DNA of 64,000 bases from an uncultured Methanosarcinaceae archaeon (GTDB lineage: Archaea > Halobacteriota > Methanosarcinia > Methanosarcinales > Methanosarcinaceae). Made by a program: the position numbers and the translations under genes. The first letter of the stretch is position 1. Each line of letters begins with the position of its first letter. Positions 1 to 10,752 of this stretch are shown here, piece after piece. The stretch covers positions 480,001-544,000 of the forward strand of contig CAWHXP010000003.1 of the NCBI GenBank assembly GCA_963833425.1, in the 5' to 3' direction. The notes below the pieces were generated by a model. The model worked only from the letters and a program-made list of their open reading frames with translations, was not told the origin of the DNA and made no database searches.

Positions 1-1329
1 ACCAAAAAAGGCATCATTGTGACTAACGCTCCAGAGGGCAATATGATTTCGGCCGCAGAGCACACTATTGCTATGATGATGGCAATGTCCAGAAACATCC
101 CGCAGGCAAATGCATCCCTGAAAGCAAGAGAATGGAAGCGCAATAAATTTACGGGTACTGAAGTCAAGGGTAAGACCCTGGGGATCATAGGTCTTGGAAG
201 AATTGGTTCCGAAGTCGCAAAAAGATCTTTGGGACTCGAAATGAACCTTATAGGATACGATCCATTTATCTCAGAAAAAAGAGCTGCTGAACTCGGTGTA
301 AAACTTTCAACAGTTGATGAAATCGCAAAGGTGGCTGATTATATCACGGTGCACACTCCTTTAATTAAAGAGACCAAAAACATTATCGATGAAGAACAGT
401 TTGATCTGATGAAACCCGGTGTAAAGATCATCAACTGCGCTCGCGGTGGCATTATCAACGAAGAAGCCCTAGCAAAGGCTCTTGAAAGCGGAAAAATAGG
501 GGGTGCAGCGTTAGATGTATTCGTTGAGGAACCTCCTTTTAACAATCCTCTCCTTCATTTTGACAATGTCATAGTAACCCCACATCTTGGAGCCTCCACA
601 CAGGAAGCTCAGATCAACGTGGCAATGGATATTGCAAAGGAAATAGTATCTGTCCTTACAGGCGGGATGGCAAAGAATGCAATCAATATTCCATCTATAA
701 AACCAGAAGCTATGGCGATCCTTGCTCCTTACATTAGGCTCTCGGAGATCATGGGTAAAATTGCAGGGCAGCTTGCAGATGGCAATTATGAAAAGGTGGA
801 AATCGCATACAATGGAGAAATTTCAGGGAAAGATACCAGACCACTTACTGTTTCTGCTCTCAAAGGGTTGCTTGAAATGGCTCTTGGGTCGGGAGTTAAT
901 TATGTCAATGCTCCTACCCTTGCAAAGTCCAGAAAAGTTGCAGTCGTGGAAAGTAAATCCGAATCTTCTGAGGAATACTCTTCGACCGTTAGTATCAGGC
1001 TTATTAGTAGTGAGCTGACAAAACTGGTTGCTGGAACTGTTGTCGGAGACGAGTCAAAGATCATTTCAGTTGACGAGGACAAGATGGATATTTTCCCTGC
1101 AGGGCGTATGATTTTTGCCAAGCACATCAATAAGCCGAACGTAATCGGACCATGTTGCATGGTTCTAGGCAAAAATGACATTAATATATCAGGCATGCAA
1201 GTTGGTAGATCTGAAATCGGAGGCGTTACCATGATGGTACTTAATGTAGACTCTGAAGTCTCTTCTCCGATTCTTGAAGAAGTACGAAGGATTCCTGGAA
1301 TACTCAATGCCAAACTTGTAACACTTTGA
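1..1329 (+). CDS. serA: D-3-phosphoglycerate dehydrogenase (5' part outside the window)
   Basis: Frame open from base 1 (TKKGIIVTNAPEGN); Rossmann GIIGLGRIG, INCARGG, TPHLGAST; C-terminal ASB/ACT region. Confidence 0.95.
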   Translation, partial: TKKGIIVTNAPEGNMISAAEHTIAMMMAMSRNIPQANASLKAREWKRNKFTGTEVKGKTLGIIGLGRIGSEVAKRSLGLEMNLIGYDPFISEKRAAELGVKLSTVDEIAKVADYITVHTPLIKETKNIIDEEQFDLMKPGVKIINCARGGIINEEALAKALESGKIGGAALDVFVEEPPFNNPLLHFDNVIVTPHLGASTQEAQINVAMDIAKEIVSVLTGGMAKNAINIPSIKPEAMAILAPYIRLSEIMGKIAGQLADGNYEKVEIAYNGEISGKDTRPLTVSALKGLLEMALGSGVNYVNAPTLAKSRKVAVVESKSESSEEYSSTVSIRLISSELTKLVAGTVVGDESKIISVDEDKMDIFPAGRMIFAKHINKPNVIGPCCMVLGKNDINISGMQVGRSEIGGVTMMVLNVDSEVSSPILEEVRRIPGILNAKLVTL

Positions 1330-1641
1330 ACTTTTCCTTGACAAGAAAAGCAAGCTTCTACAACTGTAATACAGAAGTCACATCAAAAATAATTTAAAAT
1401 TTGTGCGAAATAGCACTATAATCAACTGTAGTTAAATAAATTTTGAAAAATCTTTTCTTCGGCACAAGCTCAAAATGAGAATTCTCACCAGAGCTTTTAA
1501 AATTTCCCTGAACTGCGTCTAAGAAACCTGTTATATCGCTATTAACGGTATAATTGATTATTGTACTGTCGATTGTATCATGAATCTATTATACCGAAGT
1601 TTTGTTATACTTTGATCTACTTCAAAATATCAGTTTTTTTA

Positions 1642-2160
1642 ATGGTGCAAAGAATGGAAGAACTTAGACTTGTAGTTTCAATTCCCTTTAAAAAAAATAA
1701 TACAATTTTTCTTTCAGAAAAGGATTTCGAGTTTACACTGGCTTTTGACCTGAAATGGTTTTCTCCGAAAATCGCTTCTAAAGTAAAATACCGTGCTCTT
1801 GAAGTAGGCCTGCTCTCCCTTAATAACGGTGCTCTTACGCCTGCCTTTGATGTTGAAAGCCTAAGGCTACCTAATACCTTTAAACCGTCCGAAAATTTTC
1901 TTGAAAGCCAAAATAACTCTGGTGGTAAACTGTCTCCTCTCGAGGAAGATATCTCCTTTGAGCAAGTCCTAGAGTTCATCGCCGAGAATACAGGAGTAAA
2001 CCGACAAAAGCTTGTATCTGAAATTAACTCCATGCAGGAAAGGCTTTCTTACCTTGTGGATATCCGGATCGTAGCACTCTTTACAGCAAGAAAGTTCGAG
2101 TGCGATATCGAAGCAATTTTTGAAAAAGTTTCCAAGTCTGTGCTCCGAATATCTTTTTAA
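1642..2160 (+). CDS. DUF2240-like archaeal conserved protein
   Basis: ATG at 1642 (alternative 1654); motif EKDFEFTLAFDLKWFSP...A.E.GLL typical of the family. Confidence 0.7.
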   Translation: MVQRMEELRLVVSIPFKKNNTIFLSEKDFEFTLAFDLKWFSPKIASKVKYRALEVGLLSLNNGALTPAFDVESLRLPNTFKPSENFLESQNNSGGKLSPLEEDISFEQVLEFIAENTGVNRQKLVSEINSMQERLSYLVDIRIVALFTARKFECDIEAIFEKVSKSVLRISF

Positions 2161-2679
2161 TGGATTTCCTGAGATTTTATACAGGAGGATGGATCTTATT
2201 ACTAACTTTATATGAAAAACTAGGAATTCGGAAAAGATAGCTTCTAACGTCGATATTTTATTATTATCTTGCCAACCAATGGAGTCATATATATTGCTCT
2301 ATGATTCATTCCTAAAGACTGAACATTACAGTTTACATTCATCCAGCTCAAGAATTTCGTATTCTTTTTATATAATAGTGTAGATAAAATACGTTGGTAA
2401 AATAATTAGTTTATAAGGTTACATTCCTACATCTTCAAATTATTGTGAAGCGTATTTAAATCATAGTTTGGTGGTACAATTTCCATTGGTATAAAACCTA
2501 ATTTTGTCGTCGGAAACCATTTAAAATCCTTCAAAAATTTCATAAAATTATTACTTATGTATCAGTTTTGAACACAAATTCTAACAAAAAAGAGAAAATG
2601 TACATTTTTTTTGTGCCTTTTTATTTTAGCTATCTATTTCAGCGTGAATGTGTGTCACTAAACTTCTTCATCTTCAAGC

Positions 2680-3400
2680 ACTCTCCATCCTTTTCCCCAG
2701 AATCTAATTATTCTATAATTATTCTTATATGTAAATCAATAGAAAAACTCTCAGCCTCAATAATTTCTTCGTTTGAATTGAGCTCTTTTGATATCCGTTT
2801 CATTTCCATATCCTGTAATTTGTAATAGGTTCCATATTATTGTGTCAATTTATCTCTGCAGTACAATTAATTATCTTTGCTTGTCCAAATGAATCTTCTC
2901 CCGTTTAAAGAATTCTTTTACCTTACTACTTTTCTTTCTTGTTGCTGTCTTAGCAATCTGCTTTGGGATCCACATTGCTAATTTTGATCAATTCTTTGAT
3001 ATTCTTTTGTTGTATAATTTATTAGCAGATTGATATACTTCGGGACTATCCCAGGCTACGAAGCAAACTGCTCTGCTGAATAATGATCATTTAAATTGCT
3101 TATTTCAGTGATTAAAGTTGTTGTATCGATTTATCCAATACTTGGAACCTACATTAAAATTTCCATCTCCTTTTTATGCTTTCAAGGAGAAGAATTGAAA
3201 ATTTATCTTACCAAAGTTTCGATTTCATCTCCAAGATGTTTTAATAAGATTCAGATATTTCTGAAGCCTAAATTCTGCACCTTGAGGCATTTTTCTGTCC
3301 TGGACCTGTCTTCTATTAATAATTTTTTGTAAATATTTGGTAAGATGATATAGATTATCTCGTCAAATATTTTATCTAAAAAGATTAGGATAGGAGTTCT
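2680..3400 (-). pseudogene. Degraded IS110-family transposase (C-terminal half)
   Basis: Minus-strand fragments read EMEILM*VPSIG*IDTTTLITEISN...FAS*PGIVP...SKVKEFFKR, the IS110 IPGIG/LAS.GL.P core, broken by stops and frameshifts; ends approximate. Confidence 0.75.
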
Positions 3401-4386
3401 AATCGTTTTGACCAAAAATATCTGTCGAAACGTTATTTAAATTAAGCATTTCATAGAAAAGTATAGCATGGGCTCATTTTAGATATTTATTTTCTTTTAT
3501 AAAAAGTTATGGCAAAGACAACACGATATCGAATTATTCTATGATCTTTTGGGAAAACTCTTGATGGCCGAATCATCTTATTCAACGACAGTTGCTTGAT
3601 GAATCTGAAGTATCTGTTTTTTCATGCCTAAATGCTTTTATATATAGTGCATTTCCCTATAACAGGAAATACTTGATCAATTAATCATAAATAGAAGTCC
3701 ATAAGTCGCTTGTAGATTCATATTCAAAATATTACATTTTCTGACCTAAGCCTATTTTTAAGGGCAAAATTTCATTATCATCTATAGTAAAACATTATTA
3801 CTGTTTTTCACAGGATATAAAGAGGATTGTAGTAATGAAAAAATGCTTGTGTCTGGCTAAATAACAAGATTTATCCACGATTTCTCTAATTAAAATTACC
3901 AATTCATAGACCATTGAAATTGCTTCAAAAATCAATTTAATATCCGTGAGCAAAGTCACATTTAGTCCTTAGATAGTGAGTCATAAATTGGTTTTATAAC
4001 GATTTTGTTCAAAGATTGATAATTGGAGAAAACTTCCCCTATTTTAGCTTGTTATTAAAAGATTTTATATATTGTTTAGATGAGTTCATCAAAATGGTTG
4101 TATACATTAGTTATTAGAAATCACCGCCATACTACTGCCCAAATTTTCCAAAAATGGAATTATACTCATTTTTTAGATTTAATCATGATTAAAGGACAAG
4201 ACCTAAATTTTGATACAACGAAAACGAAGAATTATTCATCATCTTTGACACTTGAACTATTATTGTGAAATAAAATATCATACGACATTTTGTGGATATA
4301 CACTAGAATGCCATCTACTTTTTCATATGCAAGAACTTTAAAATTAATCTAACTTTTAATGCATAAAAATAGAAAAATAGGTAAAA

Positions 4387-4414
4387 ATTATGCAGATGTG
4401 TACATCTGCATAAT
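4387..4414. terminator. Perfect 13-bp inverted repeat downstream of the lipoprotein gene
   Basis: ATTATGCAGATGT-gt-ACATCTGCATAAT; function (terminator or operator) is inferred. Confidence 0.4.
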
Positions 4415-4624
4415 GTCGGATTAAGGCGTATAGAGCAGATTTTACAAAAATTATACCACTGCAGAGTCTGCTAAGATGGTTCCTTAATTCTACTGTTTAT
4501 TTGAGCTACGGCTTCTTCATCTTCAGATGCAAAGTTTTCAGTTATTGAGTTGCGCTTACATCTTCAAATGTTTTGTCGGCAGTTAAGTTGTAATCAACTG
4601 CAGACTCCTTTACGTCTTGATGAG

Positions 4625-4852
4625 CTACTTATTAGTAGTAGTTACGTTAGTAGTAGTCGCTTTTTCAGTAGTCACATTTCCAGTAGGAACTTCAGTTGTG
4701 ACTGGGGTTTTAGGCCCACTTTCAGTTGATACATTTGTTGTCGTAATGTTTGTTTTATTTGTAGTCTCTGTCTTTTTGCTGGCACATCCGGCTGAAAAGA
4801 CAACAACACCTATAACAATAAGTATTCCCATGATCTTTAACAATTTTTTCAT
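4625..4852 (-). CDS. Small Thr-rich lipoprotein, possibly truncated
   Basis: MKKLLKIMG + hydrophobic core + lipobox FSAGC; five N-x-T/S sequons; ends in TAG. Confidence 0.75.
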   Translation of the reverse strand: MKKLLKIMGILIVIGVVVFSAGCASKKTETTNKTNITTTNVSTESGPKTPVTTEVPTGNVTTEKATTTNVTTTNK

Positions 4853-5774
4853 TAAAATACCTCTAGCATTCTCTTCTTATTATACACTCAACCCATATAA
4901 AATTACTCGATTCCATATGAGATATTTATGCATGACTAGTCAATAAGATTAAAACTTTTCGATTCGGTCAAAAAATAAGAGAAAGAAATTATCTATGTAT
5001 TTGGTGAGATTTACGCACTTTGGTCTTGTTCATAAGCTATTAATCAATTCTAAAAAAGAAGTAATATTCCTGAAATTGAGATATAAAATAAAAATTTCAA
5101 AATCAGCTTGTGCTACTAGGATTCAAAACTTTATTATTCCAATTATTCAGCCCAGGAAAGTTGGGGAGCTTGAACTTCCTGCCAAACTGCATGTAAAATA
5201 AATGAGAACTTTATGCAAACTGGCTATGGAAATAAAAAAACTAAGATTTTTTTAATATCTTATGGGATCAAAAAAATTCATCGTTATTTAGAACTTTGCA
5301 ACTTGTTTCATCCTAAAAAGAATACGCATTAACTTGTTCAGTAACTTAATAATTTTCACTTTCTCATAAATGAAGCACTAATACACCTTTATACATGCTA
5401 AAAATGCCTCCATGTATCCCAAGGGATGTATGTGTTCTTTTAGAATCAATCAATAATTTACGGATACGACCAGAAAACAAAAGAATGATTTTTCTGTTTA
5501 CGTTATAACAAAGCTTAAATTATGTACAGTAATTACTGGATAAATCGATTGCCATGCGGAAGATCTGTTCTATCCCCTAAAGACAAAGTTTGTTTTATCG
5601 GATACGGATATTTTTCTATTCAAAAATTTGTTTGAGATTTAGAATATATTCAGCAGATAAAAGATTAATTCAGCAATTCATCTTAATTATCAGTAGCTAT
5701 AGAGAGATTACAAGATCGAACTTAAACTTATCGAATTCTCACTTTATCTAATCTTTCATCAGGGAGACTCCCAT

Positions 5775-8700
5775 ATGATAAAAGAAATCATTGCCAAGTA
5801 CGATGCAGGAAGGATAGAAAAAAAAGTAATGCAATTCTGGGAAGACAGTGATGCGTACCTGAAAACCAGGGAGCTCCGCAAGATCGGGAGAAAGTTTTTT
5901 TTTGTTGACGGTCCCCCATATACTACAGGGCATATTCATCTTGGGACTGCTTGGAACAAGATCATCAAAGATGCCATTCTCCGTTATTATTCCATGAATA
6001 ACCGCTATATCCTTGAGCGTCCTGGCTGGGATATGCACGGTCTGCCAATCGAGGTCAAAGTCGAAGATATGCTCGGCTTCAAATCCAAGAAGGATATAGA
6101 GAGCTTGGGGGTGGAAAATTTTATTTCGAAGTGCAAGGAATTCGCTATCACCCAGAAGCAGGCAATGACTGAACAGTTCCAAAGACTTGGTGTCTGGATG
6201 CAATGGGCAGATCCTTATATGACCTTAAAAGACGATTACATCGAAGCTGCCTGGTGGACACTCAAAAAGGCCTATGAAAAAGATCTACTGGATGTCGGCA
6301 AGCGTTCTGTCAACTGGTGCCCCCGCTGTGAGACTGCAATTGCAGATTCAGAAGTTGAGTATTCCGAGCGGACAGACCCTTCAATTTATGTAAAATTCAA
6401 GATCAGAAATTGCGAAGACGCCTTCATAGTTATATGGACAACGACTCCCTGGACAATTCCGGCAAACGTAGCTGTAGCTGTGAACCCACACGTGCAATAC
6501 TCAAAATTCAGAGCGATCAGGCAAAATGGTTCAAAAGAGATACTCATTACAGCTACAGACATGATACAAAATGTCCTCAAGCAAGGCAGGTATGTTGACT
6601 ATGAGGTACTTGAGACGATGGCCGGAGAGGATCTAACAAAACTGGAGTATGAAAGTCCTGTTGGAGATTTGGTACCTATACAAAATCAGATTAAACACGG
6701 GATTTATATCGCGGATTTCGTAACCATAGAAAATACAGGCTGCGTGCACATTGCACCAGGGCATGGTATGGAAGACTTTAGCCTTGGTGTGAAATACAGC
6801 CTTCCGATTCTCTGCCCCGTAGGATCAAATGGTACTTATACAAACGAAGCGGGGGAATACGAGGGTAAAAACGTCAGGGAAGCAAATTCAATTGTAATTA
6901 AAGACTTAAAAGAACGTAACAGGCTCTTTGCAGAAGGAACAGTCACGCATAGGTACGGGCACTGTTGGCGCTGCAAGACCCCCATAATCTATCTTGCGAC
7001 AGAACAATGGTTCCTCAAAATTACCGAGATAAAGGAAAAAATGCTCGAGGAAATCGATGCTGTAGACTGGTACCCTGACTGGGCAGGATCAGCACGTTTC
7101 AGAACTTGGGTAGAAGGCGCTCGGGACTGGTGTATTTCTAGGCAGCGATACTGGGGAATCCCTATCCCAATATGGAAGTGCAAGAAATGCGGAAAACTTG
7201 AGATAATAGGAACCAAAGCTGAATTGTTGGAAAAGGCAAACTTAGGCGAAGATATCGAACTTCATCGTCCTTACGTGGACAGAATCATCATTCTCTGTGA
7301 GTGCGGCGGAGAAAAAATGCGTATAGAGGATGTATTTGACGTCTGGTTTGACTCGGCTGTTGCCTCCTGGGCAACCCTCAAGTTCCCTCAGACTCGGGAG
7401 AAGTTTGATGAATGGTGGCCTGCTGATTTCATAACCGAGGGTCACGATCAGACTCGCGGTTGGTTCTACTCTCAGCTTGGAGCAAGCATAGTAGGCTTTG
7501 AAAAAGCTCCTTACAAAAGCGTACTTATGCATGGATTTACCCTGGACGCGGGCGGAAAGAAGATGTCCAAAAGCTATGGAAATGTGATCTCTCCCCTGGA
7601 TATTATCGACAGGTTCGGAGCCGACTCCCTTCGCGCCTATGTGCTTTCTTCAAGCGCTCCATGGGATGACCTGAAGTTTAACCTCGAAGAAGTAGAAACC
7701 ATCCATCGCTCAATAAATATTCTCTGGAATGTTTTCAGATTCCCACTGCCATATATGGCACTTGATAACTTTGATCCTCTGCAAGTCAGCATTGATTCCA
7801 TAAAAAACGCTCTCCGTGAGGAAGACAGATGGATTCTTTCAAGAGTTCAATCTGTTATCAAAGCAGTAGAAGAAGCAATGAAAGGTTATTTGTTGCATAA
7901 AGCAGTTCGTGAAATCCTGGAATTTACTGTAGAAGACCTTTCTCGCTGGTATATCCAGCTCATCCGGCCAAGAACCTGGATCGAAGCTAATGATCCTGAT
8001 AAACTTGCAGCTTACTGTGTGCTTTACGAAGTTTACACAACTCTTACAAAACTGATATCTCCCTTTATGCCTTATTTGGCTGAAGAGATGTACCAGAACC
8101 TCATCTTGAATGTGGATCCAAATGCACTTGAATCGGTTCATATGTGCGATTGGCCTAAAGTAAATGAAGCTTTCCTTGACAGTGGTCTTGAAGCAGCTAT
8201 GGATATTGTTCGCTCCATAGTGGAAGCGGCGTCAAACGCTCGCCAGAAGAAAGGAAGGAAACTCAGATGGCCTATATCAAGAATAATAGTGTCTCCTTCC
8301 AGTGAGGATTCGGAAAAGGCTGTCAAGAGTTTATCCTCTGTACTTATGGATCAGACAAATTCCAGGGCAATTATTCTGTTGGGTGTGGGTGAGTGTTGGG
8401 ACGAACTCGGGCTTGAAGTGATCCCAGACCCTGGCAAGATAGGGCCCTTTTTCAAAAAGGATGCAGGAGAAGTTATCTTTGCTCTTCAGAAAATCGATGG
8501 CTTTGCCCTAAAGAGAGCTTTTTCCGAAACCGGCGAGTTCGAACTAACACTTGCAGACGGGTCGACTGCTATAGTTACTTCTGGAATGGCAAACTTTAAG
8601 GATCTCCTTCCTTTAGGAATAGCAAGTGCCGAGTCAAATGCAGGCTTTGTCTATGTGGACACAAACCTCACTCCAGAATTAGAGGCTGAAGGATATGCAA

Positions 8701-8951
8701 GGGAAGTCATACGCAGGCTCCAAGAAATGCGAAAAGAACTCGATCTTGTCATAGATGAAAATATTTGCGCATCCGTTATGATCGAAGACAAACGGGTTTT
8801 AAATCTAGTTAAAACCATGGAAAGACTGATTGCAGAAGAAGTAAGAGTCAATTTCCTTGATCTTGGCAGTGACATTGAAGTTTCAGGGACTCTTTTAAAG
8901 AACTGGGACGTTGAAGGCATTGCTATGAAGATGGGAATTGCAAAGAAATAA
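5775..8951 (+). CDS. ileS: Isoleucine--tRNA ligase
   Basis: DGPPY..G.IHLGT (HIGH-type), [29 protein letters not shown]. Confidence 0.97.
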   Translation: MIKEIIAKYDAGRIEKKVMQFWEDSDAYLKTRELRKIGRKFFFVDGPPYTTGHIHLGTAWNKIIKDAILRYYSMNNRYILERPGWDMHGLPIEVKVEDMLGFKSKKDIESLGVENFISKCKEFAITQKQAMTEQFQRLGVWMQWADPYMTLKDDYIEAAWWTLKKAYEKDLLDVGKRSVNWCPRCETAIADSEVEYSERTDPSIYVKFKIRNCEDAFIVIWTTTPWTIPANVAVAVNPHVQYSKFRAIRQNGSKEILITATDMIQNVLKQGRYVDYEVLETMAGEDLTKLEYESPVGDLVPIQNQIKHGIYIADFVTIENTGCVHIAPGHGMEDFSLGVKYSLPILCPVGSNGTYTNEAGEYEGKNVREANSIVIKDLKERNRLFAEGTVTHRYGHCWRCKTPIIYLATEQWFLKITEIKEKMLEEIDAVDWYPDWAGSARFRTWVEGARDWCISRQRYWGIPIPIWKCKKCGKLEIIGTKAELLEKANLGEDIELHRPYVDRIIILCECGGEKMRIEDVFDVWFDSAVASWATLKFPQTREKFDEWWPADFITEGHDQTRGWFYSQLGASIVGFEKAPYKSVLMHGFTLDAGGKKMSKSYGNVISPLDIIDRFGADSLRAYVLSSSAPWDDLKFNLEEVETIHRSINILWNVFRFPLPYMALDNFDPLQVSIDSIKNALREEDRWILSRVQSVIKAVEEAMKGYLLHKAVREILEFTVEDLSRWYIQLIRPRTWIEANDPDKLAAYCVLYEVYTTLTKLISPFMPYLAEEMYQNLILNVDPNALESVHMCDWPKVNEAFLDSGLEAAMDIVRSIVEAASNARQKKGRKLRWPISRIIVSPSSEDSEKAVKSLSSVLMDQTNSRAIILLGVGECWDELGLEVIPDPGKIGPFFKKDAGEVIFALQKIDGFALKRAFSETGEFELTLADGSTAIVTSGMANFKDLLPLGIASAESNAGFVYVDTNLTPELEAEGYAREVIRRLQEMRKELDLVIDENICASVMIEDKRVLNLVKTMERLIAEEVRVNFLDLGSDIEVSGTLLKNWDVEGIAMKMGIAKK

Positions 8952-9086
8952 CTCCAAAAGGTTGAAACTCAAAGAAAATGGACATAAAATCCTTCGAATA
9001 ATATGCACAAATTGATGAAAGTACCTCATGTTAGAAGGATTTTCATGTAAATTCTAATTCAAAAAATTTCACCAACAGGAACAAAA

Positions 9087-9761
9087 GTGATTCATGTGTA
9101 CTTCGCTGCCTGGGAGCCGATTTATGAAAAAATTCTTGAAGATTTTGGGTTTGACCGAGCAGACGATGAAGAAGCTGCACGATTCCTTTCAAGCATGTTG
9201 ATTAAAAATAACACAGTCAACCTTTCTGAACTTGAAGCTGCAATTTCTGGAAAATCAATCCTAATATGCGGAAACGCCCAAAAACTGAGTAACGAACTTT
9301 CAGAAATAGATCTCTCTACGTTTGTGATAATAGCAGCTGACGGAGCTGCTGCAGTTTTGATGGATATAGGCCGTGTGCCTGAAGTCATCTGTACCGACCT
9401 TGATGGCAATTCAGAAATTGATATTGAAAAAGAAATCCTTGCCTGTGAAAAGGCCTCAATAGTCCTAATCCATGCCCACGGGGAAAATATCGATAAGCTT
9501 GAGAAATACGTGCCACGTTTTAAGCGCTTTATTGCTACAACCCAGGCCAGACCCATAAATAAGGTGTACAATTTCGGCGGATTTAGCGATGGAGATAGGT
9601 GTGTCTTTGTAGCTAGAGAATTTGGAGCTAATAAAATCAGGCTTGTTGGTTTTGATTTTGAGGATCCCTTTGTGAACCCAATAAAGAAAAAAAAATTGAA
9701 ATGGGCAAAGAAATTGATAGGGATTTCAAATTTTCAAAAACAAAACTTTGATTTAATTTAA
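9087..9761 (+). CDS. mptE: 6-hydroxymethyl-7,8-dihydropterin pyrophosphokinase (MptE/DUF115-like)
   Basis: IAADGA, TDLDG, HAHGEN, FGGFSDGDR, LVGFDF motifs. Confidence 0.85.
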   Translation: MIHVYFAAWEPIYEKILEDFGFDRADDEEAARFLSSMLIKNNTVNLSELEAAISGKSILICGNAQKLSNELSEIDLSTFVIIAADGAAAVLMDIGRVPEVICTDLDGNSEIDIEKEILACEKASIVLIHAHGENIDKLEKYVPRFKRFIATTQARPINKVYNFGGFSDGDRCVFVAREFGANKIRLVGFDFEDPFVNPIKKKKLKWAKKLIGISNFQKQNFDLI

Positions 9762-10752
9762 TCTGAGTACGGTGAATTGGCAAATATTTGTATTCTACTT
9801 CATGAGACTAAGAGAAAAATTTACAGATTGAGTATTGTCAATGACGATTTGAGTTTTCCAATTTTGTTCGGTTTAAATTTCTCAGCCTTTTGACATAAAA
9901 TTTGCCTAATATTTCCGGAATTATCTCAAAATTACTGGAGAAATTTGATGCTTTTATATCCTGTTCCATTCCTTCTTTCAACCTGCAACTTTTCCCTTTG
10001 ATGTAAATCTTTGTATAATGATTAAGTTCAAATTCCACAAATGCATACAGATATATAAGTTGTTTTTTTCGTCACCTTCGTAAATTTATTCATTTAAAGT
10101 TAGATTAATTTTTAAGCTATTGTTATATTGAAATAACATATGGTATCCTTGCATACGTTTGCAGAAAGTGGGTTATATTAAAAGGTGGTGATTTAAACCG
10201 ATAAAAATTTAGAAATTAGTTTGATATTGACATTTTTTGCTCGCTTGGCTAGGGAGGTCATACTGAGTAGGTTATTATGTATTCTAGCATTCGATTTTTT
10301 TATGTCCTCAGCTTCTATGACTTGTTCAAAGCAACAAACTCAAATTCAAGTTGGAATTGGTTTGGATCTGATTAAATTTGTTCAACTAACTTTATTTCAT
10401 CGTCAGATAACTTTTTTGGTCAATCAAAGTTCATGCCAAAAAACATTTATTATTAGTACAAATGTGTTCCTTCAAGATATATCAATAGAATGTGAATTCA
10501 ACTTAAAACAGTTAATTTGAGTTCTTTCCATGATAACAAAACTTTGAAGCCTGAGGATAAATAGACTTATCTAGATTTTTAATTGAGTTTTGCCTTCCCT
10601 TGCAAATCAAACTTAAAAATCGAGGAGTTTAACAAGTTAATAAACATTCCAACACTCATAGAAAACTGAATTGAGTAAATTTCTTGATAAATCTATATAC
10701 ATTGTGTCTCTATCTATTGGAATTCTCTTCAATACTCACCCAAAATTCTATA

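Noticed and set aside
3400..3700. IS110 bridge RNA
   Set aside because: Element too degraded; no recognisable ends or structured non-coding region
4617..4946. Hydrophobic 109-aa plus-strand ORF
   Set aside because: Antisense of the Thr-rich lipoprotein
5149..5180. Small hairpin CAGGAAAGTT...AACTTCCTG
   Set aside because: Single short bulged stem with no second copy or supporting context
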